Below are positions 1 through 9,129 of a DNA stretch of 64,000 nt, piece after piece. The notes below the pieces were generated by a model. The model was given only the letters and a program-made list of their open reading frames with translations, had not been told where the DNA came from and ran no database searches. Source of the stretch: a virus. Taxonomy: Duplodnaviria; Caudoviricetes. The first letter of the stretch is position 1. Every line of letters begins with the position of its first letter. Where the stretch lies: IMG/VR virus record IMGVR_UViG_3300003523_000075, positions 4,581 through 68,580 of that record, one strand, 5' to 3'. A program made the translations under genes and the position numbers.

Positions 1-344
1 GCAATCTCAGGATTAGTAGCACTAACAACAAATTCATGAATACCTTTAAAATATTCACTGACATAACGTCTTACAATATCAGACATTATATCATAATTCC
101 TCATAGTAGCAGGAAAACGTTTATATTTTTCATTTTTACTATTATAAGGATTTAAAGTTTTAGCATAAAACTCTTGAGGTATATTACCGTGAAGAATATC
201 AAGCATACGCTCTTGTTCAGACCTATCATTAAAAGATAAACCAGCTTCTATGATAAAATCTATACAATTACTATACCATTCTGCTTTTTCTTTAACAGCT
301 CTACCTACACGTTGTTGCGGAAAATTAACGTTAGATGAATACAT
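1..344 (-). CDS. Portal protein, N-terminal part (runs off window start)
   Basis: Manual translation from ATG at 344 gives MYSSNVNFPQQRVGRAVKEKAEWYSNCIDFII...LNPYNSKNEKYKRFPATMRNYDNMSDIVRRYVSEY, open to position 1. This resembles the crAss-like portal N-terminus and lies directly downstream of the terminase gene. Confidence 0.8.
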   Translation of the reverse strand, partial: MYSSNVNFPQQRVGRAVKEKAEWYSNCIDFIIEAGLSFNDRSEQERMLDILHGNIPQEFYAKTLNPYNSKNEKYKRFPATMRNYDIMSDIVRRYVSEYFKGIHEFVVSATNPEI

Positions 345-359
345 AATAATTTAATTTAA

Positions 360-2642
360 TTAAAACCAAGGTCTATGTAATATATCATTTTTATCATCAT
401 CAATGACTTTTTTTCTACTTTCAAGTTCTTTTGCAGCTTCTATATCAGTAAGCTTCCATTGCAAAGCACGTATAATCATTTCAGATACTCTATCAAAGTT
501 ACCAATATTATTCCATTTTTGTAATTCAAGAATAGATTGATAATCATAAATAGTTTGAAATAGTTTTTTAGGTTGACCGAGTTCATCAGTACCTACTTCA
601 GAATATAACATTTCTTTTAATAAACGCAAACCTTCAAGTTTTTTAGTTGAACCGTTTGCATCACCTCCCATATTAACACCATATTCAATTGTAGTAGAAG
701 CTTTAGCAGAAGTATTCCAAAGTTGAACTGGATCTTTCATTAAATATTTTAGTGCTTTCCATTTACGGAAATTACTAACAGTTTCACCTCGGTTAACCTC
801 AACACCAGTAGTTCCAATACAGTTATAGTATCTTGCAAGAAGGTAACATATTTTATCAGCTTCTTCTAGTTTTTCAGGACGACCATAATATGCAGCTACA
901 AGAGCTGTTCTAAAGTTGTTATGTTTAGTTGGGTTCATCCAAACTTTAATACTATTATGGGAATGTCTTTGAGTGATTGCTTTATTTTCTTTATTAATAC
1001 CTACAGGGTCATAACTAATAGAATATAGTCCTGGTGGTATTCCCATTACTTGTTCTCCTTTTTCATCTATAAAAGGAAATTTTAAAGGTTGAAACCATAT
1101 ACGAACACAACCATGATGATGTTCATGTCCTTTAATAGGCACACCTTCAATCCAATCAAAAAAGTCAATATTGTGTTTACCACCATTAGCTGCTATACGA
1201 GCATTACTTCTAAATTCTACTTTAGGTCCAATATCATATAACATACCATCAGTATAAAATCTAAGACTACTATCAGTACGTAAACGCTCTTCCCACATCA
1301 TTAATTCTTCACTACTAAATATATTTTCAGTAGTAGAACTAAATGACTCACAAGGCATATTAGCATATTGACCAAGATAATTTATATATTCAGAATAAGT
1401 TTTAGCACTAGCTTTTTTATCTTCACGTTCTTTAAAAGCAATCTTAAGACCAACTTCTATATCAGAATTACCGTCTTGATCCATTGCTTTTTGTCCATCA
1501 ATCTCTCCTTGAAGTCCCCAACAATAAGGTTTAAAATAACCACATATTTCATTTCTACAATCTTTATCCCAAACATTTTCAAAAGGCATAAAATGATATG
1601 CTTTTGGATTATAAAAGTTTTGTTCAAAAGTTTGCATATTACCTTCTGTTGCAGTACCCCATCCTATAAGATTACCAGTAACATAACTACCAGTTCTCAT
1701 AGCAGGCTCAGTTACTCCCATAAAATCATCAAAGTTATCCATTGTAGATACCTCTTCAGTTTTTACTTTCATAGCATCTTTACCAATAGCACAGTTAGGA
1801 TTATTCATTGCTGAAACGCTGAACAACGCACTATTCCAAGATTTAGGAGAAATAAGACCATTAGGAAGTTTAAAACCAAGTGTAAAGTTTTCTTTATCAG
1901 TAGATATTATACCACGTTTAAAGAAAGTTTTAGTTTCGTAGAAACGAAGATTATTTATAGTGAAATCTGTAAGACCACCAGTTTTAGTAAGATATTTTTT
2001 ATCTGCTGCAACATGAATTTCTACCTTTCTAGGATTAAGGTTCAAATCATTTGCAGTATCAGAAGCCATAATATAAGAGAAACCTCCACGACGTGTTTTA
2101 TCTATAAGTAAATGAAAACCATTTTTAACAGCAAATTCCATTATATGCCAAGTCCAAAACTGAGCATCAACAAACTTACTAAAGTCATATTTCTTTTTAC
2201 CTACACTTGCATTATCAGTAACAACAGTTGAACTTTCATCAAGTTGTTCCATTAATGTATAATTAAGAAAATTGTAGTGTCCACCAGTAATATGAACATC
2301 TACAGTTTCTCCATTATGTATTAAGCAAGGTGCAGTAAAACCGTGTCTTCTTCTATATTCTTCTCTTTTACGAAGTTGTCTATGTGGAATACTATCTTCT
2401 TTATATGTTGTATATACTTTTTCTTTTCTAAAAGTATCTGCCATTTGTGTAAGCAGATAAGTATCTACAAACTTATCACCTGGGTTTATATTAAGAAGAA
2501 ATCCACCACTATCACCAATAAGAAATAAATCATAAGGATCATTATAACCACAATCTTTAGCGTGTTTATAACGACTCTTATCTTCATTTATATATTGAAG
2601 AAAAGGATAATCTCTAATATATTGTTCTTGTGATAAATCCAT
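360..2642 (-). CDS. terL: Terminase large subunit
   Basis: 760 aa. Walker A-like KTRRGGFSY, Walker B-like KTEEVS, coupling motif GTA, C-terminal RNase H-like nuclease (ISYDP, VEVNRG, GNFDRVS). Portal-adjacent position. Confidence 0.93.
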   Translation of the reverse strand: MDLSQEQYIRDYPFLQYINEDKSRYKHAKDCGYNDPYDLFLIGDSGGFLLNINPGDKFVDTYLLTQMADTFRKEKVYTTYKEDSIPHRQLRKREEYRRRHGFTAPCLIHNGETVDVHITGGHYNFLNYTLMEQLDESSTVVTDNASVGKKKYDFSKFVDAQFWTWHIMEFAVKNGFHLLIDKTRRGGFSYIMASDTANDLNLNPRKVEIHVAADKKYLTKTGGLTDFTINNLRFYETKTFFKRGIISTDKENFTLGFKLPNGLISPKSWNSALFSVSAMNNPNCAIGKDAMKVKTEEVSTMDNFDDFMGVTEPAMRTGSYVTGNLIGWGTATEGNMQTFEQNFYNPKAYHFMPFENVWDKDCRNEICGYFKPYCWGLQGEIDGQKAMDQDGNSDIEVGLKIAFKEREDKKASAKTYSEYINYLGQYANMPCESFSSTTENIFSSEELMMWEERLRTDSSLRFYTDGMLYDIGPKVEFRSNARIAANGGKHNIDFFDWIEGVPIKGHEHHHGCVRIWFQPLKFPFIDEKGEQVMGIPPGLYSISYDPVGINKENKAITQRHSHNSIKVWMNPTKHNNFRTALVAAYYGRPEKLEEADKICYLLARYYNCIGTTGVEVNRGETVSNFRKWKALKYLMKDPVQLWNTSAKASTTIEYGVNMGGDANGSTKKLEGLRLLKEMLYSEVGTDELGQPKKLFQTIYDYQSILELQKWNNIGNFDRVSEMIIRALQWKLTDIEAAKELESRKKVIDDDKNDILHRPWF

Positions 2643-3043
2643 TATAACAATGCTATTATTAATAAGATGATAGATACTAATGTACTTGCACCTAAACTAC
2701 CACATATAATGTTTCTTTGTCTTTTAACTTTCTTTACTTCTTCTCCACATCTTATTTGGGTATTATTAATGCTATCGCGAAAAGCACCAATAATGATAGA
2801 ATCATTATGTACAATTTGTACAAGATTTTGATTAATTTCTTTTTCATATTCTAATTCTATCATTTTACAGTTTGCAACTTTTATAAGATTTACTGGAATA
2901 AGAACACTATCAGTACATTCAATCCCCCCTTTAGAAAAGAAATATGTAGAATCATTTTGAGCATAACTCAATGAACAACTTAACACTAGAGCTGTCATCA
3001 AGAGCATATATTTTTGCAATCGTATCATATTTAACACTATCAA
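2642..3043 (-). CDS. Spanin-like envelope protein (signal peptide/possible lipobox VLSC plus C-terminal TM)
   Basis: N-terminal MIRLQKY-MLLMTALVLSC signal and C-terminal hydrophobic helix (GASTLVSIILLIIALL). Overlaps the upstream membrane gene, downstream of the endolysin. Confidence 0.5.
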   Translation of the reverse strand: MIVLNMIRLQKYMLLMTALVLSCSLSYAQNDSTYFFSKGGIECTDSVLIPVNLIKVANCKMIELEYEKEINQNLVQIVHNDSIIIGAFRDSINNTQIRCGEEVKKVKRQRNIICGSLGASTLVSIILLIIALL

Positions 3044-3230
3044 GATATTTAATTCTATATTTAATTTCTGTATTAGTAACAGTTAAAGTATCTATTATAT
3101 TCTTCTCTATAGGGCGGATAGTTTCAACAGTTTTTTCTTTTTTAATACTATATCCACAGAAAACTCCTAAACCAAATATAACAATAAATATAACAATACT
3201 TACTATAGTATATAACTTATCTGACTTCAT
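2952..3230 (-). CDS. i-spanin (Rz)-like protein with N-terminal TM anchor
   Basis: 92 aa, single N-terminal TM (LYTIVSIVIFIVIFGLGVFCG) followed by a soluble domain. Sits between the endolysin and the second membrane gene and overlaps the latter by 92 nt. Confidence 0.5.
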   Translation of the reverse strand: MKSDKLYTIVSIVIFIVIFGLGVFCGYSIKKEKTVETIRPIEKNIIDTLTVTNTEIKYRIKYLDSVKYDTIAKIYALDDSSSVKLFIELCSK

Positions 3231-3868
3231 TATAAATCCTCCTCAAGTAATAAAGTATATGTAAAACTATTACCATATTTTTCTATTTGTTTCTTACATA
3301 AAGTAAGGAAAGAAGTAAATTGTGTAGGATTAGCAAATACTTGACAACCTGCAGACCATCTATCTATAATTTTAGAAGTATGATATTGATTACTTCTATG
3401 AATGTTAATACCAAATAAACCATTATCTATAGTTTTAGGATCATAATCATAAATATCATCTTTATTATTATCTCTATAAACTTTAACAGGTTTAGCTTGT
3501 ACTAATGCAGTATATTGACCATTATGTTTACCTAATTTCCAACAACTACGATATTGACCAGGAACAAGTATAGCAGTACCTTTAATATTACATTGACTTT
3601 TCATCATATAATATTTACCCGGATCTGTAGTAATACAATATATTAATTTATTCCAACCTTTTTCATTTTTATAAATAACAACCATAGCATCATCAAATGT
3701 ATTTGTAACTTTACAATTGTTATTTGCTCGTATACCTATAATGTTAAGATTATATAAACCTTCTTTAAAATAAGTATAACCTTTATTTCTAAATATTTTT
3801 TCAAAATTAGCTGTTTCTATCTTCTCAAGAAGACTACGTTTAATATCAAAATATTCTTGTTGTTTCAT
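3230..3868 (-). CDS. Endolysin, L,D-transpeptidase (YkuD)-like peptidase
   Basis: Motif GINIHRS...WSAGCQV matches the H-x(n)-S-x-G-C catalytic signature of YkuD-type enzymes. Adjacent to spanin-like genes. Confidence 0.75.
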   Translation of the reverse strand: MKQQEYFDIKRSLLEKIETANFEKIFRNKGYTYFKEGLYNLNIIGIRANNNCKVTNTFDDAMVVIYKNEKGWNKLIYCITTDPGKYYMMKSQCNIKGTAILVPGQYRSCWKLGKHNGQYTALVQAKPVKVYRDNNKDDIYDYDPKTIDNGLFGINIHRSNQYHTSKIIDRWSAGCQVFANPTQFTSFLTLCKKQIEKYGNSFTYTLLLEEDL

Positions 3869-3870
3869 AA

Positions 3871-4866
3871 TTAAAATAATTCTGTTTGATTAGTAACTAC
3901 TTTATTTTTCTTAGCATCAGCTAAAAGTTTTAAACTTCTATCATGAAATAAAGCATCTGCTTCATTTCTAAGATAATTAATTCTATACCAAGTAACTTTT
4001 TCTTCACCATTAGGATCTACATGATAACCATCTTTATCTCTAAGAGGTTGACCATAAGTATTAAGAACAAAAGGACTTGCTATATGACAAAGACCCAAAC
4101 CTGTACATGGTTTTTCAAATATTCTTTCACATAATCTTGCATATATAGATAATTGCATAGAATAATGACTACCATTACATTCAGGAAGATGATTAAGTGG
4201 TGCAAGCATAAATTCTTTAGTATCTACCCATTCATTAGTTAATTGATTAGGTACTGTAGATTTATCTTTTTTGTAATAACCACTATTAAATTTAAGACCA
4301 TCACGATTAGTTTTCCAATCAAGTATTACGAAATCACTCGGACGATCACATAAAATATCAATAGTGCCGGAAATAAGTAAAAGAGGATCAAATACACCAA
4401 TCTCAGAATATATAGTATAACCATTATTAAGATAGTGTTCAAAAACTCTATAAATTTCTTCATATTTATTATTAGTAGCTTCTTTAAATTTATCTAAATC
4501 TAGAGGTTGTGGAATAAGATATTGTATATCAGCAACAGTAACACAACGACCACTTTCTAATTGTTGAAGATAACGAATAGCATCTTTGAATTTACTTACA
4601 TCTTTTATGGCATTTTCTATACCATTATGAGTTTCAGTTCCTCTTTCACAAGCTTCATTTTTAATTTTGTCCCATTGACGAAGTATTTCTTTTTCACTTA
4701 CTCCTTGCTCTCTTGCTTTTTTATGAGCCCAATACTTTGTATTAAACTTTGGAGCATACTCACCCATAATAGTGGTAACAGAAATATAAGTATTACCATT
4801 ACTATCAGTGTATTTATGAGGTCCTTCATCAAAGTACAGATATGTATTTTCATAAATATCTTTCAT
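3871..4866 (-). CDS. PD-(D/E)XK exonuclease (Cas4/YqaJ-like)
   Basis: SVTT, RGTETH, SE...ISGTIDIL...ILDWKT and YSMQLSIY motifs typical of RecB-like PD-(D/E)XK nucleases. Confidence 0.8.
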   Translation of the reverse strand: MKDIYENTYLYFDEGPHKYTDSNGNTYISVTTIMGEYAPKFNTKYWAHKKAREQGVSEKEILRQWDKIKNEACERGTETHNGIENAIKDVSKFKDAIRYLQQLESGRCVTVADIQYLIPQPLDLDKFKEATNNKYEEIYRVFEHYLNNGYTIYSEIGVFDPLLLISGTIDILCDRPSDFVILDWKTNRDGLKFNSGYYKKDKSTVPNQLTNEWVDTKEFMLAPLNHLPECNGSHYSMQLSIYARLCERIFEKPCTGLGLCHIASPFVLNTYGQPLRDKDGYHVDPNGEEKVTWYRINYLRNEADALFHDRSLKLLADAKKNKVVTNQTELF

Positions 4867-4872
4867 AAGTTT

Positions 4873-5511
4873 TTACATATAATTTTCTGCATCCATAGAA
4901 CTAGTAACAATACCACCTCCACGAGATGTTTCAGTTTCTTTTTCGTACATTAAGTTTTCTTTAGCTTCTTCTAATTGTTTAATTAATTTAGGTAATGAAC
5001 CTGCTATATCATTAACTTTATTTACATTACTTAGCAAATCACCTATACTATTTAAGTCAATACCAGTACTTAATTTTTCAGTAATAAGATTGTTAATAAC
5101 ACTAACACTAAGATTAATATTATGTAATCCTTTAAGTATGTTTTCAACGACTCTACCAGCTTCAGTAATATTTTGTTCATAATAACGTTTAATAAGTTTT
5201 AATACAAGATTATCAGGTACATAACTTTTAGGAAGATTAGCTTGTTCCATTGCCATTTTAAGAGCCTCAGGATCACTAAGACCACTTTGTCTAGCAGGAG
5301 ATTTAGGATCACCAAGATAATATATCACAATACATTCTTGAATGTAAATATGTTTATCATCAGTGGGATCTCTATTATATAAATCTCTAATATCTTTATC
5401 TAGTAATTGACGAACTGTTGGAGCTTTTGGCATTCCATTATCATCAATAGTTATAAGATAATCTATATCTAGTTTAAATTGAGCCATGATATGTTCTATA
5501 TTGGTCTTCAA
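4873..5511 (-). CDS. Conserved hypothetical crAss-like late protein
   Basis: 212-aa ORF with genome-typical codon usage, in an operon-like arrangement. Confidence 0.7.
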   Translation of the reverse strand: MKTNIEHIMAQFKLDIDYLITIDDNGMPKAPTVRQLLDKDIRDLYNRDPTDDKHIYIQECIVIYYLGDPKSPARQSGLSDPEALKMAMEQANLPKSYVPDNLVLKLIKRYYEQNITEAGRVVENILKGLHNINLSVSVINNLITEKLSTGIDLNSIGDLLSNVNKVNDIAGSLPKLIKQLEEAKENLMYEKETETSRGGGIVTSSMDAENYM

Positions 5512-5971
5512 GAGTATAAATACGCATACTATAACTTATTAATCTAGCTTCAGCTTCAGTATGAGTTTTACATAGAAAACGAAAATAACCAAAATTATGA
5601 GTAATAAAAGTAGCTATTGTATATTTGTAGAATCTATCTCTACCAACACTAGCTTGAATTTCTTTATTCAGTTTGTGTTTAAACATACAATATTCTTCTT
5701 TACTCATTAATTCTCTACCTTCTCTCTTAAGTTCTTTTATTTCTTCAGAATTTCGTATTTTCTTATCTTCTATAAAACTAATACTACCTAAATAAGGTAT
5801 ACCAGCAGATTTACCATCTTGAATATAAGTCCATATATTATCTTCTAAATCTTCTATAATAGCAGAGAGAACCTGCTTATCTACGATATTTTCATCAAGA
5901 CAAGCAAGTATATCTCTCCTATTACAGACAGTCACATCATAACCATTAGGATATTTGTGAACTTCACTCAT
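5474..5971 (-). CDS. IHF/HU-like DNA-binding protein (putative)
   Basis: N-terminal helices followed by G-x-S-A-G-I-P-Y-L-G-S-I resemble the HU/IHF helix-beta transition. IHF-like genes are known near crAss packaging modules. Confidence 0.5.
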   Translation of the reverse strand: MSEVHKYPNGYDVTVCNRRDILACLDENIVDKQVLSAIIEDLEDNIWTYIQDGKSAGIPYLGSISFIEDKKIRNSEEIKELKREGRELMSKEEYCMFKHKLNKEIQASVGRDRFYKYTIATFITHNFGYFRFLCKTHTEAEARLISYSMRIYTLEDQYRTYHGSI

Positions 5972-5982
5972 AATTTTACTAT

Positions 5983-6543
5983 TTATTTAGTAGAATCTTG
6001 TTTTTTAGAATCTTCAGTAAAATTTACATATTTACTTTCAGGTTTCTGTAAATTTTTATATAAAGATTTAATACCAGTATTGCCAATAATTTTAAATTCT
6101 AAGAAATAAACTTCTCTACTATCATCATCCATAGTTAAATCATTACGTTCTTCTAATGAAAGATTATCACTTAAAGCAGGAATTATCCTATCTATATCTA
6201 ATTCATTAAAAGGAGTAGCACAATGATAAGCTAAATTTAATTCACTAGTAGGAATTAACAATTTATCTTTAATTTCAGCACTTTTAATAAATTCACTATC
6301 AGTTTTTCCAGCTTTAATAAAGATAGGAACTACTGCAATTTCAATATTCTTTTTCTTAGTTTTATAAGCCATTACTAATCTATTAAGATGTTCATGTCTT
6401 ACAAGTGCAATCAAACTATGATGTTCAGCAACTTCAATATGCTTTGTAACATCAATAAGATATTCATTGCTAATTTCATTTAAATCTGTAGGTAAGTTAA
6501 CATTCATAACTTTACCACCTACTTTAACATTAATTTGTTTCAT
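5983..6543 (-). CDS. Hypothetical protein, first gene of leftward late unit
   Basis: 186-aa ORF about 60 nt downstream of a Bacteroidota-type promoter. Confidence 0.7.
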   Translation of the reverse strand: MKQINVKVGGKVMNVNLPTDLNEISNEYLIDVTKHIEVAEHHSLIALVRHEHLNRLVMAYKTKKKNIEIAVVPIFIKAGKTDSEFIKSAEIKDKLLIPTSELNLAYHCATPFNELDIDRIIPALSDNLSLEERNDLTMDDDSREVYFLEFKIIGNTGIKSLYKNLQKPESKYVNFTEDSKKQDSTK

Positions 6544-6602
6544 AATAACATTAATAATTTGATTAATAATATTGTTAATTAAGTTTATGATAAACTTGGT
6601 TG

Positions 6603-6634
6603 CAAAGATATAAGTAATAAATCAAATAATGCAA
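6603..6634 (-). promoter_or_regulatory. Bacteroidota sigma-A-type promoter (-33 TTG / -7 TATCTTTG) for leftward late genes
   Basis: Reverse complement of caaagata (6603-6610) is TATCTTTG. TTG lies at 6632-6634, with a 21-nt spacer. Confidence 0.75.
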
Positions 6635-6639
6635 GTATT

Positions 6640-7330
6640 AAAGATATAAAAGTAAAATTTAACATTTCAAAAATTAAAGAAAATTTCATCAGTATCTTTA
6701 CTATGTTTAGTATTAGTATCATTATCATTAATTTTACTATGTTTAGTACCAGAATTTCTATCTATTTATTTTTAAAATTTTAAGAAAATACACTATATAT
6801 AATAGGTACTTATATAATATATAATATATAAATTATAAATTTATATATTATAATAAACTATATAATACATATATAAAAAATATAAATAAATATATAAATA
6901 AAAATACATATAATAATATAAATATACATAAAAGAGGTAAATATACACCTATAAATACACCCCCTTAAAATAATATAATATATAAACCCCCTGGTACTAC
7001 TTAATATAAAAAATAAAATACTACAAAAGGTGAAATTTTAAGTGAAAATTATAGTAAAAATATAAATAATTAAGATAATGGTAAAATAATAAAGATAATA
7101 AACTTAAAAATGATGAAAATTATAGTAAAAACAATGATAAAATTTATAATAAACTTAAAAATAAAGAAAATAATGATAAAATTAAAAATAATCAAAATAA
7201 TTAAAATAATAATAAAAATAATAGTAAACATAAATGTTATAGTGTATACAAACAATCTCCTGATGAAAATGGAGATTATGATAGTAAAAAAGAAGTTTTA
7301 TGAAATAGAGAATAAAAAGTGAAAAATAGA
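6640..7330. other. Extremely AT-rich divergent intergenic region, candidate replication origin
   Basis: Near-pure A/T tract at about 6810-6920. Paired direct repeats: tttactatgtttagta (6697, 6733), tgaaaattatagtaaaaa (7043, 7114), ataataaacttaaaaat (7095, 7146). Coding strand switches here. Confidence 0.55.
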
Positions 7331-7534
7331 GTTTATAAATGTAACCGTGAGGGTATTGGTATCGACCCCCGTCATGATAATAAGCAATGACATACCCCCG
7401 GTGGTCAACTAGATGGTGGCACTCATCTTCAACATGAGAAATTTTGCACAATCATGGAGATTGTGTACATCAAGAAGAACTCGATGTTAATTATTCACTA
7501 ACAGTTAGCACGACACGTAATAGTGCATACAACT

Positions 7535-7741
7535 ATGAAGATTGCCATGGTAATGATTGATTGCAAAAACGAAAAGAAATTCTTCAGATGCTACGACGAA
7601 GAAGAGAACATGAAGGTCATTTTCCTCATCGAGGCAATGAAGATGACAGGAACGAAAGTTCTAGCAACATTCGACGACAAGATGATGCTGGCAACAGCAA
7701 ACAAACTTGTTGGCATGGAAGTTGCATTGGATGAAGAGTAG
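7535..7741 (+). CDS. Small early protein, paralog A
   Basis: 68 aa from ATG 7535 (aactATG context). 39/68 identical to the ORF at 7931. Higher-GC codon usage than the rest of the window. Confidence 0.8.
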   Translation: MKIAMVMIDCKNEKKFFRCYDEEENMKVIFLIEAMKMTGTKVLATFDDKMMLATANKLVGMEVALDEE

Positions 7742-7742
7742 A

Positions 7743-7772
7743 GAGAGGGGTCGCAAGACCCCTTTCTTTTTG
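7743..7772 (+). terminator. Intrinsic terminator
   Basis: Stem aggggtc-GCAA-gacccct followed by ttcttttt, right after the stop codon. Confidence 0.85.
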
Positions 7773-7930
7773 TCTTTTTCCAACACTTTCTTCAAGTGAA
7801 CATCAACTCATCGTCAACATTGAACATTTTACTCATCATCAACATGAAAGATTTTGGGTAGGAAGAAAAAAGATAAATGATAACTATCCAAATAGAAAAA
7901 TAAATGTTTAACCAAATAAAACACAAAACT

Positions 7931-8137
7931 ATGAAGATTGAAATGGTAGTAATTGAGGAAAAGAATGGTAAAAAGTTCTTTCGTTGTTATGACAACGAGG
8001 AGAATATGGTAGTACTCTTCCTCATAAAGGCTATGTTGCTTACTAAAACTGTTGTACTTGATGCAACAGATAACGAAACTCTCGTTAAGATAGGTAACAA
8101 GCTTATCGGAATGGAGATAGAAAAGGGTGAAGAATAG
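7931..8137 (+). CDS. Small early protein, paralog B
   Basis: 68 aa from ATG 7931. Shares KKFFRCYD.EENM, FLI.AM and NKL.GME with paralog A. Confidence 0.8.
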   Translation: MKIEMVVIEEKNGKKFFRCYDNEENMVVLFLIKAMLLTKTVVLDATDNETLVKIGNKLIGMEIEKGEE

Positions 8138-8168
8138 TAGCCCTTTTTCTATTTATACTAGTTGAACT

Positions 8169-8454
8169 TAGTAAACTTATATCTGATAAAACTATGGAGA
8201 AATATAAAAAAGAACTAGATAAATTAGTTGAAGCTTATGGTAATCTTATGAATGCAAAAGTTATCATAAGAAATATAGAAGAATATTTGAGAAATGAAGG
8301 ATATACCAATGAACTTGGTACACCTATTGCTTCTCATAAGTATCTTCTAGATGCTATTGACAAAGCTTATGCTGAAATGTTTGCTGAACATCTTTAAGAT
8401 AGTATTACAAATACAAACATTACACTAACTGAAATAGTAAACTTATATTTGATA
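8169..8454 (+). repeat. 20-nt direct repeat tagtaaacttatatYtgata (8169-8188, 8435-8454), promoter-like
   Basis: 19/20 identical. The second copy contains TATATTTG (Bacteroidota -7 box). Confidence 0.6.
8194..8397 (+). CDS. Hypothetical early protein
   Basis: 67-aa ORF with aaaactATG start context. Confidence 0.7.
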   Translation: MEKYKKELDKLVEAYGNLMNAKVIIRNIEEYLRNEGYTNELGTPIASHKYLLDAIDKAYAEMFAEHL

Positions 8455-8528
8455 TAAAAACAAATAGTAAGGTAAAGCAGAGTTAGTAAAGAGCAACTGC
8501 ATTAAAAGCTCAAGTAGATGTTTGTTTT

Positions 8529-8782
8529 GATAGTATTACAAGTGACACAGATAGTGTTAATTCTACACTTAATCCTAGTGTCGCTTGTAGTGCTATTACA
8601 TTTACTAATACTGCTTAGTGTGGTATTAGTAATATTCTTAGTCCTAATTCAGCATAAAATACAACTGTTATAAATTGTTTTAGTATGCTGTTAAAAACCT
8701 AAATCTTATAGATTCCAGCATTAGCATTGCTAACCGAGGCTGGTGTATGTTAGTGAGAAGGACATCTAACTTTATAGGTTTT
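8529..8782 (+). ncRNA. Candidate structured non-coding RNA (series of G-U-containing hairpins)
   Basis: 18-bp stem 8531-8548/8578-8595 whose only non-Watson-Crick pairs are three G-U. 12-bp stem 8603-8614/8620-8631. Stems cagcata/tatgctg (8650-8656/8684-8690), aaaaccta/taggtttt (8694-8701/8775-8782) and ccagc/gctgg. No ORF. Confidence 0.5.
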
Positions 8783-9129
8783 AGGTATAAAAAAAAACTC
8801 AATATAAAAGAAGTTGCTAGTAATAGTTCAGCTTTTCCAAGATGTTGAGGACGCCGAGTTTCTTTTATTAAAAAGTAAATTGAAAATGATACTATATGTA
8901 TTAGTAACTTGACAAAGGTAACATTAATTCAGGGCGTTAGTCGCTATGATTACTGGAGTTATAGGTGAACTTTGAGGTATTATTCTTTGATTTATTAGTA
9001 TAATAATAAGTTTTGGGCGTAAAACACAAATTAACAATAATGATAATCAAAAACATTAATCAAAAGCGGATTGATGTTCCAACTAATGTTGGTTTAATAG
9101 CACTAAAGGATAGTGCAAGTGAAAATAAA

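Larger units (their letters stand above)
7421..7856 (+). repeat. Three copies of ACTCATCNTCAACAT(N5-6)ATTTT upstream of the first two early genes
   Basis: Copies at 7421-7435, 7806-7820 and 7831-7845. Confidence 0.8.

Noticed and set aside
7070-7451. Track ORFs 7070-7255, 7110-7322 and 7182-7451
   Set aside because: They are I/K/F/Y low-complexity translations of the A-rich intergenic tract and overlap each other on opposite strands.
6640-8460. CRISPR array or mini-array
   Set aside because: Repeats occur only in pairs or triplets of 15-20 nt with irregular spacing. There is no repeat-spacer periodicity.
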